A stretch of 62,988 nucleotides of DNA, counting the filler, from a bacterium (GTDB lineage Bacteria > UBA9089 > CG2-30-40-21 > SBAY01): NCBI GenBank assembly GCA_040757115.1. It is 3 parts of 3 records of this genome, joined end to end, with 100 filler letters (N's around TTAATTAATTAA, not from the genome) between each part and the next. Parts side by side here need not be neighbours in the genome. Positions count along the whole stretch, not along the records: positions 42,284 to 62,988 come from JBFLYA010000052.1; 2 more parts are not named here. One strand, written 5' to 3'. Positions 61,787 through 62,988 of the stretch are shown here, piece by piece. Made by a program: the position numbers and the translations under genes. The notes below the pieces were generated by a model, which worked only from the letters and a program-made list of their open reading frames with translations, did not search any database and was not told where the DNA came from. How positions within the stretch are numbered: position 1 is the first letter of the stretch; each line of letters starts with the position of its first letter.

Positions 61787-62440
61787 TTAATTTCGTGAAG
61801 CCCTCTTACACATAGATTTAATTGGTTCAAAAGATTTTCGGTGTATCGGACAAATACCATATTTTTTAATTGATTCAATATGTAAAGAAGTTCCATAGCC
61901 TTTATGTTTAGCAAAGCCATATTGCGGGAATTCTTTATCATATTCAATCATCATTCTATCTCTTATTACTTTGGCTAATATTGATGCAGATTGAATGGAA
62001 ATACTCAATTGGTCGCCCCGAATGATAGGTTTTTGTGGAATGTCTATAGAAGGAATTTTTAGTCCATCGACAAGTAAGAAATGTGGTTTTGACTTCAAAG
62101 AATCTATCGCCTTTTTCATCGCCAGGTGAGTTGCTCGTAAAATATTAATCTCATCTATTATCTCTTCATTGACAATACCTATTCCCCAATCAATAACTAC
62201 ATCAGAAATAGTCTTAAATAATCTTTCTCGTTGTTTGGGGGATAATTTTTTAGAATCATTTATGCCCGGTATTTTAGCCTCTTCTGGTAAAATTGCTACC
62301 GCGGCTACTACCGGGCCCGCTAATGGCCCTCTACCAACCTCATCTATTCCACCTATTAATTCATAACCTAAAGAAGATGCCTCTTCTTCATATAGGCAAA
62401 GTTTTTTAAAGGGATAATTTTCATATTTTGATGGGGCCAT
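61787..62440 (-). CDS. rnhB: Ribonuclease HII
   Basis: GIDEVGRGPLAGPV, DSKKL, SILAKVIRD, HKGYGT, HRKSF. Confidence 0.96.
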   Translation of the reverse strand: MAPSKYENYPFKKLCLYEEEASSLGYELIGGIDEVGRGPLAGPVVAAVAILPEEAKIPGINDSKKLSPKQRERLFKTISDVVIDWGIGIVNEEIIDEINILRATHLAMKKAIDSLKSKPHFLLVDGLKIPSIDIPQKPIIRGDQLSISIQSASILAKVIRDRMMIEYDKEFPQYGFAKHKGYGTSLHIESIKKYGICPIHRKSFEPIKSMCKRASRN

Positions 62441-62894
62441 TGTATCGCCTCCTTATTCAAAGTAAGCGTTTCAGGTATGGTAAGAAAAGGATGAAATATT
62501 AGTATTTTAACAATCAATTAGTCAACCATCAAACCATCAATTATTAAAATTTTACCACACCTTCCTTAAAAAGTCAAGAGGCTGACCGAGAATTTTTTAA
62601 AAAATATCCACCTGTGCGGTTAAATGTAAAATGGATAATGTAAAATGAGAAATGTAAAATGAAAATGTATAACTGAAAGGTAATGCGTCTTGCGAAGTCC
62701 TAAAATTTGGTGGTGTCTGAAAATAACTCTAATAGTGAAATCTATGCAGATTTGGTGTCCAAAAGGGATTTCCTCCAAAGAGCAAAATGCAAAACTCGTT
62801 TATAGTTTATAGTTTATGGTTTATAGTTTATAGTTTATAGTCTATAGTCCTTCAACTATCTACTATAAACTATCTTTGCCAAAGTTCAGTAAAA

Positions 62895-62988
62895 TTATCT
62901 CTTTCCTTTCAGCGTTAAAATACTTGAAGCAAAGATATTACCAAATTCCTCCAACTCTTTGAGAAACCCTGCTACTTCCTCTTTGAAA
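62895..62988 (-). pseudogene. 3' end of another copy of the 20825 four-helix-bundle gene
   Basis: EEVAGFLKELEEFGNIFASSILTLKGKR*; joined to TTTCAAA as in the deleted copies. Confidence 0.7.

Noticed and set aside
838-62366. Numerous short antisense or out-of-frame ORFs inside long genes
   Set aside because: No recognisable motifs; expected shadows of coding sequence

Overview
AT-rich bacterial sequence made of three contigs joined by artificial N/TTAATTAATTAA linkers (21266-21365, 42184-42283), so adjacency across those points is not evidence. Housekeeping genes: topA-yicC-gmk-coaBC-xerC, polA, folP-pyrD-pyrF, gatA, rnhB-yraN-yifB. Accessory genes: two surface-glycan clusters (CDP-alcohol phosphotransferase, flippase, carrier protein, LarA-family enzyme; and decayed rfbG, methyltransferase, epimerase, split transketolase, GT2); secreted proteins with T9SS/FlgD-type C-terminal domains, each next to a PorV/PorQ-like barrel; a triple-GAF kinase / REC / REC-kinase operon; two antitoxins whose partner genes are truncated. 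The most striking feature is the intergenic DNA, most of which is nested non-autonomous mobile DNA. At least four terminal-inverted-repeat shells occur: GTAA ends with 8-bp duplications, GGGTG ends with 9-bp duplications, TA-flanked G(A/G)GTTCTGCAAAA ends, and GGGACGGTTC ends with an 8-bp duplication. They carry hairpin cassettes of inverted 7-mer or 9-mer arrays, four-helix-bundle, GxxExxY and DUF559 genes or their deleted remnants, and GTAG-type REP doublets. These insertions have rewritten the 3' ends of several core genes and appear to have truncated gatC. No rRNA, tRNA or CRISPR array was seen. All family calls are from motif recognition, not database searches.
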